DNA of 64,000 bases. Source: Octopus sinensis. Lineage: Eukaryota. The notes beneath the pieces are model-generated. The model saw only the letters and a list, made by a program, of their open reading frames with translations, was not told where the DNA came from and ran no database searches. The DNA lies in the NCBI RefSeq assembly GCF_006345805.1, contig NC_043021.1:17732001-17796000 (forward strand), read 5' to 3'. This document shows, piece by piece, positions 37,491 to 50,100 of the stretch; position 1 is the stretch's first letter, and every line of letters starts with the position of its first letter. The translations under genes were made by a program, and so were the position numbers.

Positions 37491-38310
37491 TAAACTATGT
37501 TAACATTACAACCATACTCTTTCACCAAGTATCTTCTTTGCTGGGTTTTATTCCCTAAATAAAGAGACGATTACCAATGTATTTCTTTAATCCCCACGCA
37601 TTACAAGAAAATATGTTCTTTATTGGAAAATGTCCAATATAACTGATAGCAAACCAGAGCAGAGGAAAACTGATAAAAGTCACAACAGACCACAATAAAT
37701 GAGCTAATCCAGGAAAACTTTGATAAAAACAATTCCTCGTTAATAATATTTCAAATAAATTGTATGTTTGCAGGTTATCAAACAGGATTAGTCAGTGAAG
37801 TAAGAGTTCTAAGGAAGTAGTTGTCGTTGCTATCCACTTTTCCATGCTTGCATGAAAGTCAGAGAGAATTCATTGAGGTAGCTTTTCCACTGCTGGATGC
37901 CTTTCCAGTTGCCGACCCTTACTTGTTTCCAACCAAGGTAATACTTCTCCATAGCTGCGGAGTGGTTGCTGTTAGGAAGGGCGTCCAGTCGTAAAACCCA
38001 TGCCAAAACAGACACAGAAGTATGGTGCAGTCTTCTACCCGGCCAGCTCCTGTCAAACTGTCCAGCCCATGCCAGCATGGAAGGAGGGCATTAAATAATA
38101 ACAACAACAACAATGATGATGATGATGATGATGAAGAAGAAAGAATACTGCTTGTGTGATGGTGTTGCTGATTTACAGCTATCATGCAATATCAAAGCAA
38201 AGAGAAACGAACATGCGCACACACAAATTGGCCTTTTTCAGTTTCCATTTACCAAATCCACTCACAAGGCTTTAGTCAGCCTGAGGCTGTAGAGAAACAC
38301 ACTTGCTTAA

Positions 38311-38531
38311 CCCTTTCGTTACTATATTTATTTTGAGATGCTCTGTGTTTCTTCCAGTTATTTTGAATATAACAAAGAATTTAGTAAAATAATATCGTTA
38401 TCATTGAACTAGTGTTAAGAACATAAATTGTGACTAAGATTTGGTGGAAGATTTGAATTCAAAACTAATGAAAACAAGACATTTATACTCAAGAGCCAGA
38501 GCCGGTTTCAGCCGGTTTGGTAACGAAAGGG
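38311..38531. mobile_element. piggyBac-like MITE inserted into a family-C SINE
   Basis: TTAA at 38307-38310 and 38532-38535; TIRs CCCTTTCGTTAC/GTAACGAAAGGG; SINE sequence continues on both sides. Confidence 0.85.
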
Positions 38532-38862
38532 TTAAAGGGGACCTGAAATCAAGTGGTTTGGCAGCAAACTCCTTAACCACCCAGCCATGGCTCTTCTGCC
38601 TCTTGTGCTAAACACTTCTCAGTAGCAGCAGCAGCAAAAACAACAACAGTTCAAATGATATCACATCTTACCTATTAGCACTCTAACTACACAGAGTACC
38701 TTAATTCCACTCCCATTATAGTATTGCACCTATAGTATTATAGTATTGTACCTCCAACTGAGGTACCTTCATTACATTCTCATTATGCTAGATATTGAAC
38801 CAATTATAATTTCAACTGAGGTACCTTGATTGCATTCTTATCATAATGTTTACACATCTTAC

Positions 38863-39045
38863 CTATTATCACTTCAACCACACTGGGTAGTTTGTTTGCA
38901 TTCTCGTTATATGCATCTTTGGCATCTAGTACTTCCCCAGGGTAGTATCGACTCCATTCATCCAAAACGGACCGAGAAGCCTGGTCTGTATCCCGGTAGG
39001 TATTGCCAGTCAGAGTACCACACAGACCATATGGAGCAAGAATTA
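38863..39045 (-). CDS. MED13: MED13 exon (183 nt): (V)ILAPYGLCGTLTGNTYRDTDQASRSVLDEWSRYYPGEVLDAKDAYNENANKLPSVVEVII
   Basis: Acceptor ttccctttgttgtag|TA, donor G|gtaaga. Matches human VILCPFGLNGTLTGQ...EWKQFYP...AVEVLV. Preceded by a 150-nt intron. Confidence 0.96.
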
Positions 39046-39195
39046 CTACAACAAAGGGAAACAAGAAAACATCGGATGAAATTTCAATCAGGAAATGCTG
39101 TTTACAAGATGGGAACTTTTTTTTTTTTACTGGGAGAGGGGAAAATAAACAAGATTTTTTTTTTTTTTTTTTTGAAAAAAAAAATGTGATTTTAC

Positions 39196-39341
39196 CTTGT
39201 AGAGGAGAAGTGCTTTCTTGCACAAGGGTAAGATGTTGGGGAGTTAGCCTCCATACTGGAGGGTGTTGTTTAATCTCTATACTGGCACACACACTACTTT
39301 CTCCATGAAGGAAAAAATGGAAGCAGAATGATAAATGGGAA
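39196..39341 (-). CDS. MED13: MED13 exon (146 nt): SHLSFCFHFFLHGESSVCASIEIKQHPPVWRLTPQHLTLVQESTSPLQ
   Basis: Acceptor ttcttctccag|T, donor G|gtaaaa. Matches human [29 protein letters not shown]. Confidence 0.96.
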
Positions 39342-39728
39342 CTGGAGAAGAAGAAAACAAAACAAGATTAGAGTTTGTTTTTAAAACCTTTTCTTTTATT
39401 TATTTACCGACATCTTCAGACAGAGACACAAGAAATGACAAAGATAACTCTTACGGATATCACAAAGAACTCTGATTACTCAAGGGATATTGCATTTTAT
39501 AGAATAGAAATTTACATTGATACATTAAATCAATAAGTGATTTAATTTAAATAACTTGAAACAAAAACAAACAAAAAAAAAAAAAAAAAAAGCTACGATA
39601 TTGAAAACATAAACTGCTCTACAGGTTTGCTGTCTTTGATTGATGCCATAAATAGATTTTCATTTGAATGTAATTATTAATTAATTGATAAAATAGGACA
39701 TGAGAGATAAACACAAGTAGATATTTAC

Positions 39729-39809
39729 CTCCTGTCTGAAGGAGAATTTTGGTCATAGGGCTGCACAAACCACTTTCCAAGCCGTATGAAGTTTTTTGTG
39801 AGTAGACAT
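39729..39809 (-). CDS. MED13: MED13 exon (81 nt): (R)CLLTKNFIRLGKWFVQPYDQNSPSDR(S)
   Basis: Acceptor ttttctttctgcag|A, donor AG|gtaaat. Matches human RCLMNRNFVRIGKWFVKPY. Joins the previous exon across a ~23.7-kb intron. Confidence 0.96.
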
Positions 39810-40217
39810 CTGCAGAAAGAAAACAACAACATATTAATTAGAAGTAAATTAACAACAACAATAACAACAACAAACAGAAAATACATCATCAATTTCTATT
39901 GCAGAACAGCTAAATCAATACCAATACAATTGAGAATATCAAAATAGGAAAACACTTGTAAAGTTGTTTGTCTCGCTCCTTTCTATTAAGCACATAGCCA
40001 ACAAGGGAGCATCGAATTGAGTCAATCAAGGGAGAAACCAACAAGAGAGTGTCTGTAGAAACTGATGAGGATGATTTTGTGTGAGCCAATGAGGATAAGA
40101 TCTGTGTCAATCAATGAAGGTGTAACCAGCTGAGCCATTTGTGGGACTGGCTGTGCAATCATTTGACCTGATGAAAATACCAGCCAAATCTTATTCACAG
40201 CACACCCCCAATGTCAT

Positions 40218-40520
40218 CGTCATCATTTAATGTCCACTTTCCATGCTGGCATGGGCTGAACAGTTTGACTGAAAACTGACGGGGAGGGGGGTTGCACCAA
40301 ATCCCGATCTGATTTGGCATGGTTCCTATGGCTGGATGCCCTTCCTAACGCCAACCACTCCAAGAGCGTAGTCGGTGTTTTTTTACATGCCAATGACCTG
40401 ACACTGGCATCAGCCACGACTACAGTCTCAATTGGCTTGGCAGGTCTACACAAAGCACAGTATATCGCCAAAGGTCTTGGTCACCTGTCACTGCCTCCAT
40501 GAGGCCGAGCACTCGAACTG
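40218..40520 (-). mobile_element. Family-B SINE
   Basis: CATCATTTAATGTCCACTTTCCATGC...GGATGCCCTTCCTAACGCCAACCACTCC, reverse of the 22640 copy. Confidence 0.75.
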
Positions 40521-40526
40521 TTGAAA

Positions 40527-40662
40527 TATATAGTTGAAATTTACAGAAAGACAAAAGACGAAGACAGGTGTATAAGTTTGGCGCTCAGGAAAGAAAGTCT
40601 TTTATGTTTCGAGCCTACGCTCATCAACAGAAAGGAATACAAGGAAATAAACAGAGACAGAA

Positions 40663-40665
<3 letters not shown>
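40527..40665 (-). mobile_element. (TA)n-adjacent short repeat with a hammerhead-like motif
   Basis: Minus strand reads CCTTT CTGTTGA TGAGC GTAG GCTC GAAAC ATA AAAGAC; paralogous to 24062-24225. Confidence 0.55.
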
Positions 40666-40708
<43 letters not shown>

Positions 40709-40842
40709 CGAGAGAGAGAGGGGGGGGGAGTAAAGTGTGTGTGTATGTATGTATGTATTGGAGAGTCAATGAGCTACAGGCCACCCCTACCTACAGGCCA
40801 TTCATTTATAGGCAGAAAGTGTAAGAAATAAAGCCAGTCCAG

Positions 40843-41052
40843 CCCTTTAGCATTTAAACCAGCCATATCTGGCCCGAATATTCTACTTGTTTTATGCTCA
40901 AAGTGGTTTCTCACACCTCCCCTACAATGTCATTACAAAACTAGAGAATCACATCATTGAAATTCCAAAGCTACAAGATGGTGCAATATTAATTCAAAAC
41001 GATGTGAGTAAATAAACATTGGATTTGATAAAGTAATCCGAATGCTAAAGGG
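40843..41052. mobile_element. piggyBac-like MITE family 2
   Basis: CCCTTTAGCATTTAAACC ... AATGCTAAAGGG-TTAA; the left TTAA is lost. Confidence 0.8.
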
Positions 41053-41246
41053 TTAAGAGTAAAAAAAATGGTTTGACTATGAATCGACGTGCACTGCTGT
41101 TGGGCGGTGTGCATACATGCATACATTTCTGTTATTCATGCATTTAGTAGACAACAGCCTTGTCTAGGACCAAATCCCTTGCTCCCAGGCTATTCCAATG
41201 GTGAGAGGGACAAAAGAATATCTGTGCTACCTAGACAGAATAAATA
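41033..41246 (+). repeat. Left arm of a ~215-bp inverted repeat
   Basis: Reverse complement of 43596-43810, about 90% identical by eye. Confidence 0.9.
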
Positions 41247-43268
41247 CCAGGAAGCATTTTAGTTTGAATGCACCAGTTTATTAGTTTCCTTTCTCATCTT
41301 TACAGCCATCTGTTTGTTGGTAGTAGATTGAATATCAAATAATATATTTTTAAGTTGTTAGATTTCATTTGGTTATTTTGTTTTGCTTCATCGGCAAGGA
41401 AACGCTCAAGCAAGAAAAACCAAACAAAGGAACATTATTAAAACATAATTATAATGGAAACTGGCTGAGACTGTGTGAAGCAATAACTGCAGTTTGTTAT
41501 GAACAATATGAATAGGCAGTGAGATAATCAAAGAAACACAAGCATTACCAAGAGTTCAGCAGTCACTCCAAGAAACCAAAATGCAACTTCAAATTGCTTT
41601 GGAAAGCTGCATGTATGTTTGTGGGAATGTGTATGTACACAGATGCATGTGAACAAATGTATAGCTCAGATATATCTACACACAACTGTGCTCACAATTG
41701 CTATGTTGCTGTTGTTGTTGTTAACATTACTGACAATGCTTGTCTCTCTCTCTCTCTCTCTCCTCTGTGGATTGTAAAACATTGATGCAATGTGATGAAG
41801 GCATTTTGCTAGCGTTATAGGTATTTCCAATCATCGCCTGCAGTTTCCACTGAACGATGAAAGGAAAAGCGAAGCAGGTGCAACTAGGATGCATTGAAAA
41901 TAAAAATGGAAAATTTAAATTTCAGCAAAGAAAGATGGGGGGGGAAAAGGGGGCAGGTGGGAGTGTGTTAAGTTTAGTTTGAAATCATAGAAACATAATC
42001 AAGTGTGCTTTGTTGCTTTACCACATTCTAAGAGCAAAGGATTATTTAATTAGCACCTCAAAAAAAAAAAAAAAGAAAACGGTAGAATATGGCTGGCTAC
42101 TTATTTAGTAACAAAGATTGCAGTTCAAAGACTCGCATAGATGTAGCAGCTGAAAACTAACAAGGGCATGCATGCATTTGTGAAAGCCAGCCAACTTGCC
42201 ACCACCACCCACCACCACCAGACCCACTTACATCACAGCCCTACCACCACCACCACCACCACCACCACCACTACCACCGCCACCACCATTGCCGCCATCA
42301 TCAACCTATTTCTTTACACAATTATTTGAAGTGCTCTGCTTTATGATCTTACTCCTCTCACGCCTTGGCATCCCTAGTTATTGGAATGCTGTGTTAGAAG
42401 GGAAATAACTTTATATTGCATGACCTCAGTACGCCAATGATAAGCTCCTCTCTCAGATAAATGAGTTAAGCAGAATTAAATTGAAAGAAATGACCTGTCA
42501 CAAGAGAGAGCGAGCAAGAGCGAAAGAGAGAGAGAGAGCAAGAGCGAGAGAGAGCAAGAGCGAGAAAGAGAGAGAGTGAGAGAGAGAGAGAGAGAGAGAG
42601 GAGGGGTGGCAGTAATAATCAGTGCAAGGAGTGACATGTATTGAAGTATTTTCAAATGTAAACTAGGAAATGCAAAAGTTATTCAGCATAAAAGAATTTC
42701 ATTATATTATTCAGATTTCAAAGTCAAACGTCGACAGCAATATGTGTATAGATTACATACAACAAATAGCTAAATCTATGCTTTTACACCTCACTTTTAA
42801 CATTTATTTCAAACTACCACATGGATGAATAATCACAATTTTCTTTCTTTTTTTTTTTTTAACCTTCAGTAGGTTTTATAGGAAAATTTCTTTTAAAGTC
42901 AAATTTGGAATGGTTTGTATCATTGCCAGTCTTTAACAAGTGACAAATAAACCGACAGATATTAAACCTGCTGGAAATAGCAGCTAAATCTCCTTCAAAT
43001 CATAAGGTACATAACAGACATGTTGGATGATTTTTACAATAACTATGTCTCAATGAAATAAAAAAATTTAAAAAAACTGGGATGTTCATAGCTGGAACGT
43101 CTTTGATCATAGAAGGATAGCCCCAGGACAGAGCTGTCAATAAATATCAATTTAATAAATTAATGCTGTAGAAGTCAATTTTTAGCCAGCAATCTGTTTC
43201 ACATCGTTAATATCACAATTTGTTTCCCCTTTTTCCCAACAAATCATCATCATCATCATTCACTTCAG

Positions 43269-43516
43269 CAGTGCTTCTCAACCAGGGTCCACATGTTCCT
43301 TGGGGGTCAATATAAGATCTTTTTTTTTTTTAATTATGCGCAATAAATTGGTTATAATTCTACACATTTCTTTTATACAATTCCTAATAATATTTAATCA
43401 TAAAAATAATAACAGAGATTTTTTAGTCACTGAATGGACTATGAGGGTCCATCCATGTAAAATAATAATCAATGGGGCCCGTAACTTAAAAAAAAAAAAA
43501 TGGTTGAGAACCACTG
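43269..43516. mobile_element. hAT-like MITE
   Basis: TIRs CAGTGCTTCTCAACC / GGTTGAGAACCACTG; degenerate 8-bp TSD CACTTCAG / CCCTACAG. Confidence 0.7.
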
Positions 43517-43595
43517 CCCTACAGTAACAAGAAAAGGTTACAGCAACAAATAGGACAGCAGCTAATAAAAGAGCCCCTGTGAGGGCCTGAGATAT

Positions 43596-43810
43596 TATTT
43601 ATTCTGTTCAGGTAGCACAGGTATTCTTTTGTCCCTCTCACTATTGGAATAGTGGGAACAAGGGATTTGGTCCTAGACAAGGCTGTTGTCTACTAAATGC
43701 ATGAATAACAAAAATGCATGCATGCATGCACACCGCCCAACAGCAGTGCAAGGTGATTCATAGTCAAACCTTTTTTTCTTTTACTCTTAACCCTTTAGCA
43801 TTTAGATTAC
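43596..43810 (-). repeat. Right arm of the ~215-bp inverted repeat, followed by TAACCCTAACCCTAA
   Basis: Long identical runs, e.g. GTTATTCATGCATTTAGTAGACAACAGCCTTGTCTAGGACCAAATCCCTTG, in both arms. Confidence 0.9.
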
Positions 43811-44807
43811 TAACCCTAACCCTAATGCCTCAATAAAGCCAAGGATGGGCACAGCTAGAAGATTGCCTTTGATCACAGGCCGTCAGCTGAGTTAGAGCCG
43901 ATCAGTGGCTTAACAATAACAACAACAGTTATAAAGTTTAATCATTATATAACAGCGATAGTATTACTAGTGGAATTAAATCATTTAGTTATCATTAAAG
44001 ACAATTTTACTACAATTTTACTGCAAATTAAGCACCGTCACACCAAAAAAATGTTTCAAAGAAATATGTGTAATCGTTCTAAAACATTTTTTTTTAAATC
44101 ACTTCTTTCACATAATATTATAATTAAGGATTACTTGACATTAGAAACATTAGAAACTAATTGTCTTAACAATCTGTTGATTTCATTAAAATATACAACA
44201 TTGAGAAATTTAAGTCTCACATTACGTTTTGAACCTTACTGTTCATAATTTGTTAATTTAAGCCTTTGAAATTAATTGCATTTATTATGATTGTCGCTTC
44301 TTATGGTTAATAAGGAAATCATTATCGTTAAATGCTACGGAGGCATTCAGATTACTCTGTCAAACAATGTTTATTTATTCAAACTGATTTGAATTAATCA
44401 TACTTTATCTCATAGCTTTGATCACATTGTACGGCAGGTGTGAAAGGTCAAATATCACCAGTTTGAACATAGGACATATAGAATGTTTTGCCAACATCAC
44501 TGGTTTAAATGCTGAAGAGTTAATTACATTTTAAAAAAAAAACTGATTTAAATGCTAAATCATATAATACGCTAGCTTTCCAGATTTCAGTCAAACCGTC
44601 CAACCCATGCCAGCATGGAAAAACGAACGTTAGACGATGATGATGATGGGAGGGCAGCTTTTTTTCTGTTTTTTGTTTGTGGTTTTTTTTACCAACAAAT
44701 GATACTTAAGACATGGTAAGCACCAACTTGAGACAGGCCCACAAATGTGAAAGGGAAGCACTTGTCTATCATTTGCGTTTCCACCTCTCTATCTTCCCCT
44801 CATTTAA

Positions 44808-45012
44808 CTCTTCAGCATTTAAACCCCAACCATATCTGGACCAAATATTCTACCTGTTTTATGTTCAAACCGATCAGATCCAGTTTCTCACACCTACCCT
44901 ACATGCCATTCTAAAAAAGATAAATAACCACAGTGTACTAATGCCAGACTAATTCAAAACAATGTGAATAAATAAGCATTGCATTTGACAGAGTAATCTG
45001 AATGCTGAAGGG
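44808..45012. mobile_element. piggyBac-like MITE family 2
   Basis: TTAA-CTCTTCAGCATT ... AATGCTGAAGGG-TTAA. Further copies at ~2995-3178, ~5480-5703, ~12426-12648 and ~44330-44525. Confidence 0.8.
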
Positions 45013-46019
45013 TTAAACATTGGGTTTTCTATTGTACTTCAGGTCAAAATTGTATTTCAGTCATTATAAAGAAACACAGGCACAAGCCCTAAAATTTGAT
45101 AGTGGAGTCTCAGGGTGGGGAATATTCAGTTAAATTAATCGCAGTACTTGACTGATATTTTATGAATCCTGGAAGGATGAAATGTTGACAAACAGCAAAA
45201 TTTGGGCTCAGAACATAAAGAGCATTTTGTCCCCTACCTAAAATGGTGGTGGCAGTGGTAGAAGTAGTAGCAGGTGATGGGTGGTGGTAGCTTCAAATTT
45301 TGGCATAAGACTAGCAATTTTGTAGAGAGGGGGTTAGTTGATAACATTCATCCCAGTGTTGTTTCATCAACCCCAAAAAAGATGAAAGGCAAAGATGACC
45401 ATGGCAGAATCTGAGTGTTAAGTGCCGGAAGAAATGCCACCAAGCATTTTGTCCCACACACACAATCAATTCTACCACCCAGCCATCATCATAATGATAA
45501 TAATGGTGTCGATTTTTTTTAGTACAAGGCCAGTAATTTCGGGGGGGGGGGGTCAATTACACCCCCACCCCTGCTCCACTGGTATTTATTTTATCAATCC
45601 CAAAAACGGATGAAAGGCCAAGTCAGCCTCCGTAACATTTAACGATAATGATTTCCTTATTAACCAAAAGAACTGACAATAATAATAATAAATGCAATTA
45701 ATTTCAAATAAGAGATAATGGATATTTTGCGATAGTCTTTTATGGTCAATGTGTTACACCCTTGTACCTAGATGAAATAGGAGGTGGAGCAGGTTGGGAG
45801 GAAGGTGACGGCTCACTTTAATGAGAAACTGAAATAAAATGTGATACTGCAATTGGGTGTAGCAGGTCAAAGACATCGCAAAATGGATGCCTTTGAGGCT
45901 GGAGGGGGATTTTAGAAAAAAATAGTCGGAAAGACTAAGGAAAACGAAAGAGTCGTTTAGGTCTGAGGATAGAGAAGAAGAAGAACCAGCGCTTATATAT
46001 CTTTGTAAACATTGGCTTT

Positions 46020-46255
46020 AAACTGACTATAGGTATGACTCTCTATTTATGCACATGTATGTGTGCACCAGTATTTATCTGTGCACACATTTATCTATGT
46101 GTGCACACCTGTATATTTATGTGGGAGTATACATGTATTTATCTGTGTGTGTACGTGCACGTGTATATTTGTGTGCATGTATACATGTATTTATCTGTGT
46201 GTACATATGCACACGTGTGCATGCATACATGTATTTCTGTGTGTGTGCATGCGTG
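46020..46255. repeat. Degenerate minisatellite of alternating purine-pyrimidine units (TATTTATCTGTGTG...GCAC)
   Basis: Recurring TATTTATCT and GTGTGCA motifs. Confidence 0.7.
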
Positions 46256-47078
46256 AATCAGGCCCTATACTACAGACATTTGAAACTATCTGACTACCAC
46301 ATCATAAAATTTTTATTTTGTTAAAAACAAAAACAAAAAGAAATCGATCCCGCTTTTGGTTGACATTGTCCACCCACACACACACAATTTGTCTGAATGC
46401 TTTCAACACATTGCATGAGCTAGACAAAACAAACAAACAAACATGGTGTTGACGATGTGCCAACTGGTACACCAGAGCAACAAGCAGCTAGAGTTGCCAA
46501 TTTTTAATACAAGTACACTAATAAAGGGATCAATTGCTAAGCATGAATGAATGGCAAGGCAAACTAGTTTTATCAACAAAGAAATGCAACAATGCTATTG
46601 AGAACACTTGTGAAAAGCCGCATTAACAACTGATTTATAACATCCTACCATTATTGGCAAAGAAAAAAAAATCTAATTTTCTCTTTCACCACAAAATTTT
46701 TAATTCGCATTACACAAAAATATGGCATATCGCTTTCTCGTTCTATCCTATTTGCAACTAATCAAAATGAATTAAAAGCACATTATTATTTACAATTTTT
46801 AGTGACGAGATAATTTCTTTATCCTTCCAATACAAATGTTTTACTCCAAGGTCGAGTATTAATAAAGACATCTCTATTTCTCACAGCAATTCAATAAAGT
46901 GAAAAGATCAAGGAGTAGCAGGAGAGGATTATGGATGTATTATACAGAATTCCAAAATTAATCATCTCCTAGACTTAACACGTAAATGACGTTAAAATCA
47001 AATTTGCTAAATTCCTCAATTGTCTAAATGTGATACAAACACACACACACACATATATATATATATAATATATATATA

Positions 47079-47133
<55 letters not shown>

Positions 47134-50100
47134 ATATTAGTTGTTTGTTAGAAGAGAAGTGAAACAGATTTTGCCAGCAAAGATCAATAATTATTAAGAA
47201 GTAAACTTCAATGATAGATGTTCTTGCTGCATGTCTTCTATCAATAGCTGCTGACAGTCAGATCTTTTCTTCTCTTCTTTCTCCAAAACTAGGAAATGTA
47301 ACCAAGATATTGCAGAAACAAAATTTCCTGCCACTAACAAGAATCATTCTAGATTCCACAGGCAGCAATTTGTCATCATTTCAGATTCTTGATTTGTTAA
47401 AACTATAAACTAAAAGTATTCATTCAATCTGCCTTTCACTTTCCCCGCTAATTTCTCTATTAACCTTTTCCAGAAATAACCTTCCTACTCAACACCATTA
47501 ACTAATCAATTAACATATGATTATACTAATCATTTGCTAATCTTAGAGGATTCTTTTTAAAACAGATTATTTTTCTCGGTTCATCTTCACCCAAATGTCA
47601 TCAGATCAAATGAAAGTTTTATTTTTGTTTTCCACTAAAGGATCTACAATTCCATGAAACCAGAAGCAATATGCTCTTATCAGCAGTTCTATCTTTTCCA
47701 GATTATTCCTTCATTACTAAACACCAATAACACCTGTTATAATATATACAACTACATCTTCATGTTGGCCAATAGCAACAAGTGATATGCAAAGAATTCC
47801 TAAAGAGTTACATCAATCGCAACAGATAAGCAAGAATTACTGCTTTCATCTGTCACAAGACACACACACACACACACACACACACCTATTCTAGAATGTA
47901 AAACAATGTGATCAACAAAGATTATAATAATAAAAACGAATCTAAATAAAAACATTAAAAACATCATATAATTTTCCATAACATTGTGGAACCAGACAAA
48001 ATATTCCTGATGAACAAGTGGGTGGGTAGGGGAGTGAATGGTGGTTGGTGAGTAGATAGGCAGGTAGGTAGGTAAGTAGGTAGGTAGGAGGTGAAATTTT
48101 ACCATGTTCTTCTCTATTCAACAAGTCATACTATCGTGTGCAGACATTTTCCTTGACTATTTTACAGAAATTCAACAGGGTTTTTAACCTTGATCAGTAG
48201 CAGTAAAATCATCATCATCATCATCACCACTGTTGTAGTTGTTGTTGTCATCATCTTTGCACAATAGTTCACTAGATGTTCACATTGTTTGGCATCATGA
48301 CAAGTCAGATATTTAAAATAGAAGTTTTGCTTCTACTATCAACTACTACACTACTATCCTAAAGTAGGTGGTATTCAAATGACATGACAATATTATTGCA
48401 AACTAAAACTAGTGTTGTTCACTTTAATCATTAAAAAAAAACAACAACTAAAAACCTATTTAAAAAAAAAAAAGACGTTACTATTTCTAAAACAATTTGG
48501 TATGTAACAACAAACCCAACTGGTATGTTTAAATGTAAGAGATCACCGAAAAACATGCAAACAACAACACCTACATCTACTACGCCTAAACTGTAGTAAA
48601 ATAAAATAAATCTGACAGCTTTCTCTCTTGTTCGGAGTCAGTCAAGTGTTTGGCCCAGAGACTGTGCAGTTGTTATTTAATAACATAAATTGTGCCCATG
48701 CTGACAGGCAGGAATTTAGAAATTAGCTTGCAAAATACCAACTACAATTTAACATGGTGCCCACTCTTTTAAGATATGCAGCACTAACCTGCAGGAATTT
48801 CAGAATATTCCTTAAGGAAAAAGTAATCTTCTTCAACCCAGATAATGCAATATCTTGCTTCACATATTATTTCTCCTCCTCCAGAAGAGAAACTGGAGAT
48901 ATTTTACTATGGTACTGATGGTTAAACAATACACCATACTGACACTACATGAACAGTGTTACAAAGGTGAATATTAAAGTAATGTTTTTAAATTGTGAAA
49001 AGCTAAGAGCTGTACACCTTCACAACCACGTACCAATGACTACCCAGGCACATAGCTTGCTATAGAAAGATTATAAGAGGAGTTTATCCATAATACAAGC
49101 TCTATCTAGTGGTAGCTTAGTAGTATTGTTCTGAATCAGAACAGTTGTACAAACACCAAGAGAACATTGCATGTCTGTGGTGACTATAATCATCAGATTT
49201 GTCCAGATTCTTATTCAACATCTTAATAGCAGTTAACCTCCTTCAAATCACACCACACCATTATAAAATATCTCGCAGAACATGGATAATGTAATCTGTA
49301 TACACTACATCGAAATAGGAGGCAAGGTCAGAAGTAGTCGCCCATCAAGGATGACCTGGAGTGGACACTGATACCATGACAAAGAAAAATAGAGCTAAAC
49401 AACATAATTTCATGTTAAGACATAATAGACAGGGGCTTCATAATTAAGGCCATACATGCTCTGAATAAAGAAATATAAGGTTTAATTTACAAGACGATGA
49501 TATTGCTAAATAAATTCCAATTAAAATGTTTTATGCCATAATGTTGATATACAATTTAAATGTAACTGAAAGCTCAAGGAGAAAGAGCAAAGTTAATATA
49601 ACTTGTCACACCAATTTATCTAAGAGCGTCTCTCATTCAAGGATATAAAATATTTTGTTTAAAAGTATTTATATGTAAATTAAAACCTTTAATATGAGAA
49701 GCATTTTGTTAAGCTAAGTTGCAAGCACTGGCTTAACGAACAACTTTATTAAATATCTTGATTATTCCTGCATTAGAAATAGGGTGACAGGAGGGTTAAT
49801 TCCTGGCAGTGAAAAGTTAATAACACATATGTAACAAGTAGTTATGTATAGTAATTATATATAGCAAGTGATTATAAATTAATGAAGAAATCTCATACAC
49901 AAAAATTATTTCCAAAACTACACTTTATTCATTCAAACCTCGTTGATGCTTTTGATGAAAAATTTTCCACATTGGACTCAATACACCACAATGTTAAGAG
50001 ATTTCTCTGAAACAACACGGACACCTGAATATGTTTGAGGACATCAGATTAATAGCTAAATTAACTGTGTCTGTCATAGACTGAAACAGCTTATCTGTGT

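Noticed and set aside
46035-46324. Three overlapping Cys/His/Tyr-rich ORFs
   Set aside because: Products of a degenerate (RY)n minisatellite, not zinc fingers.
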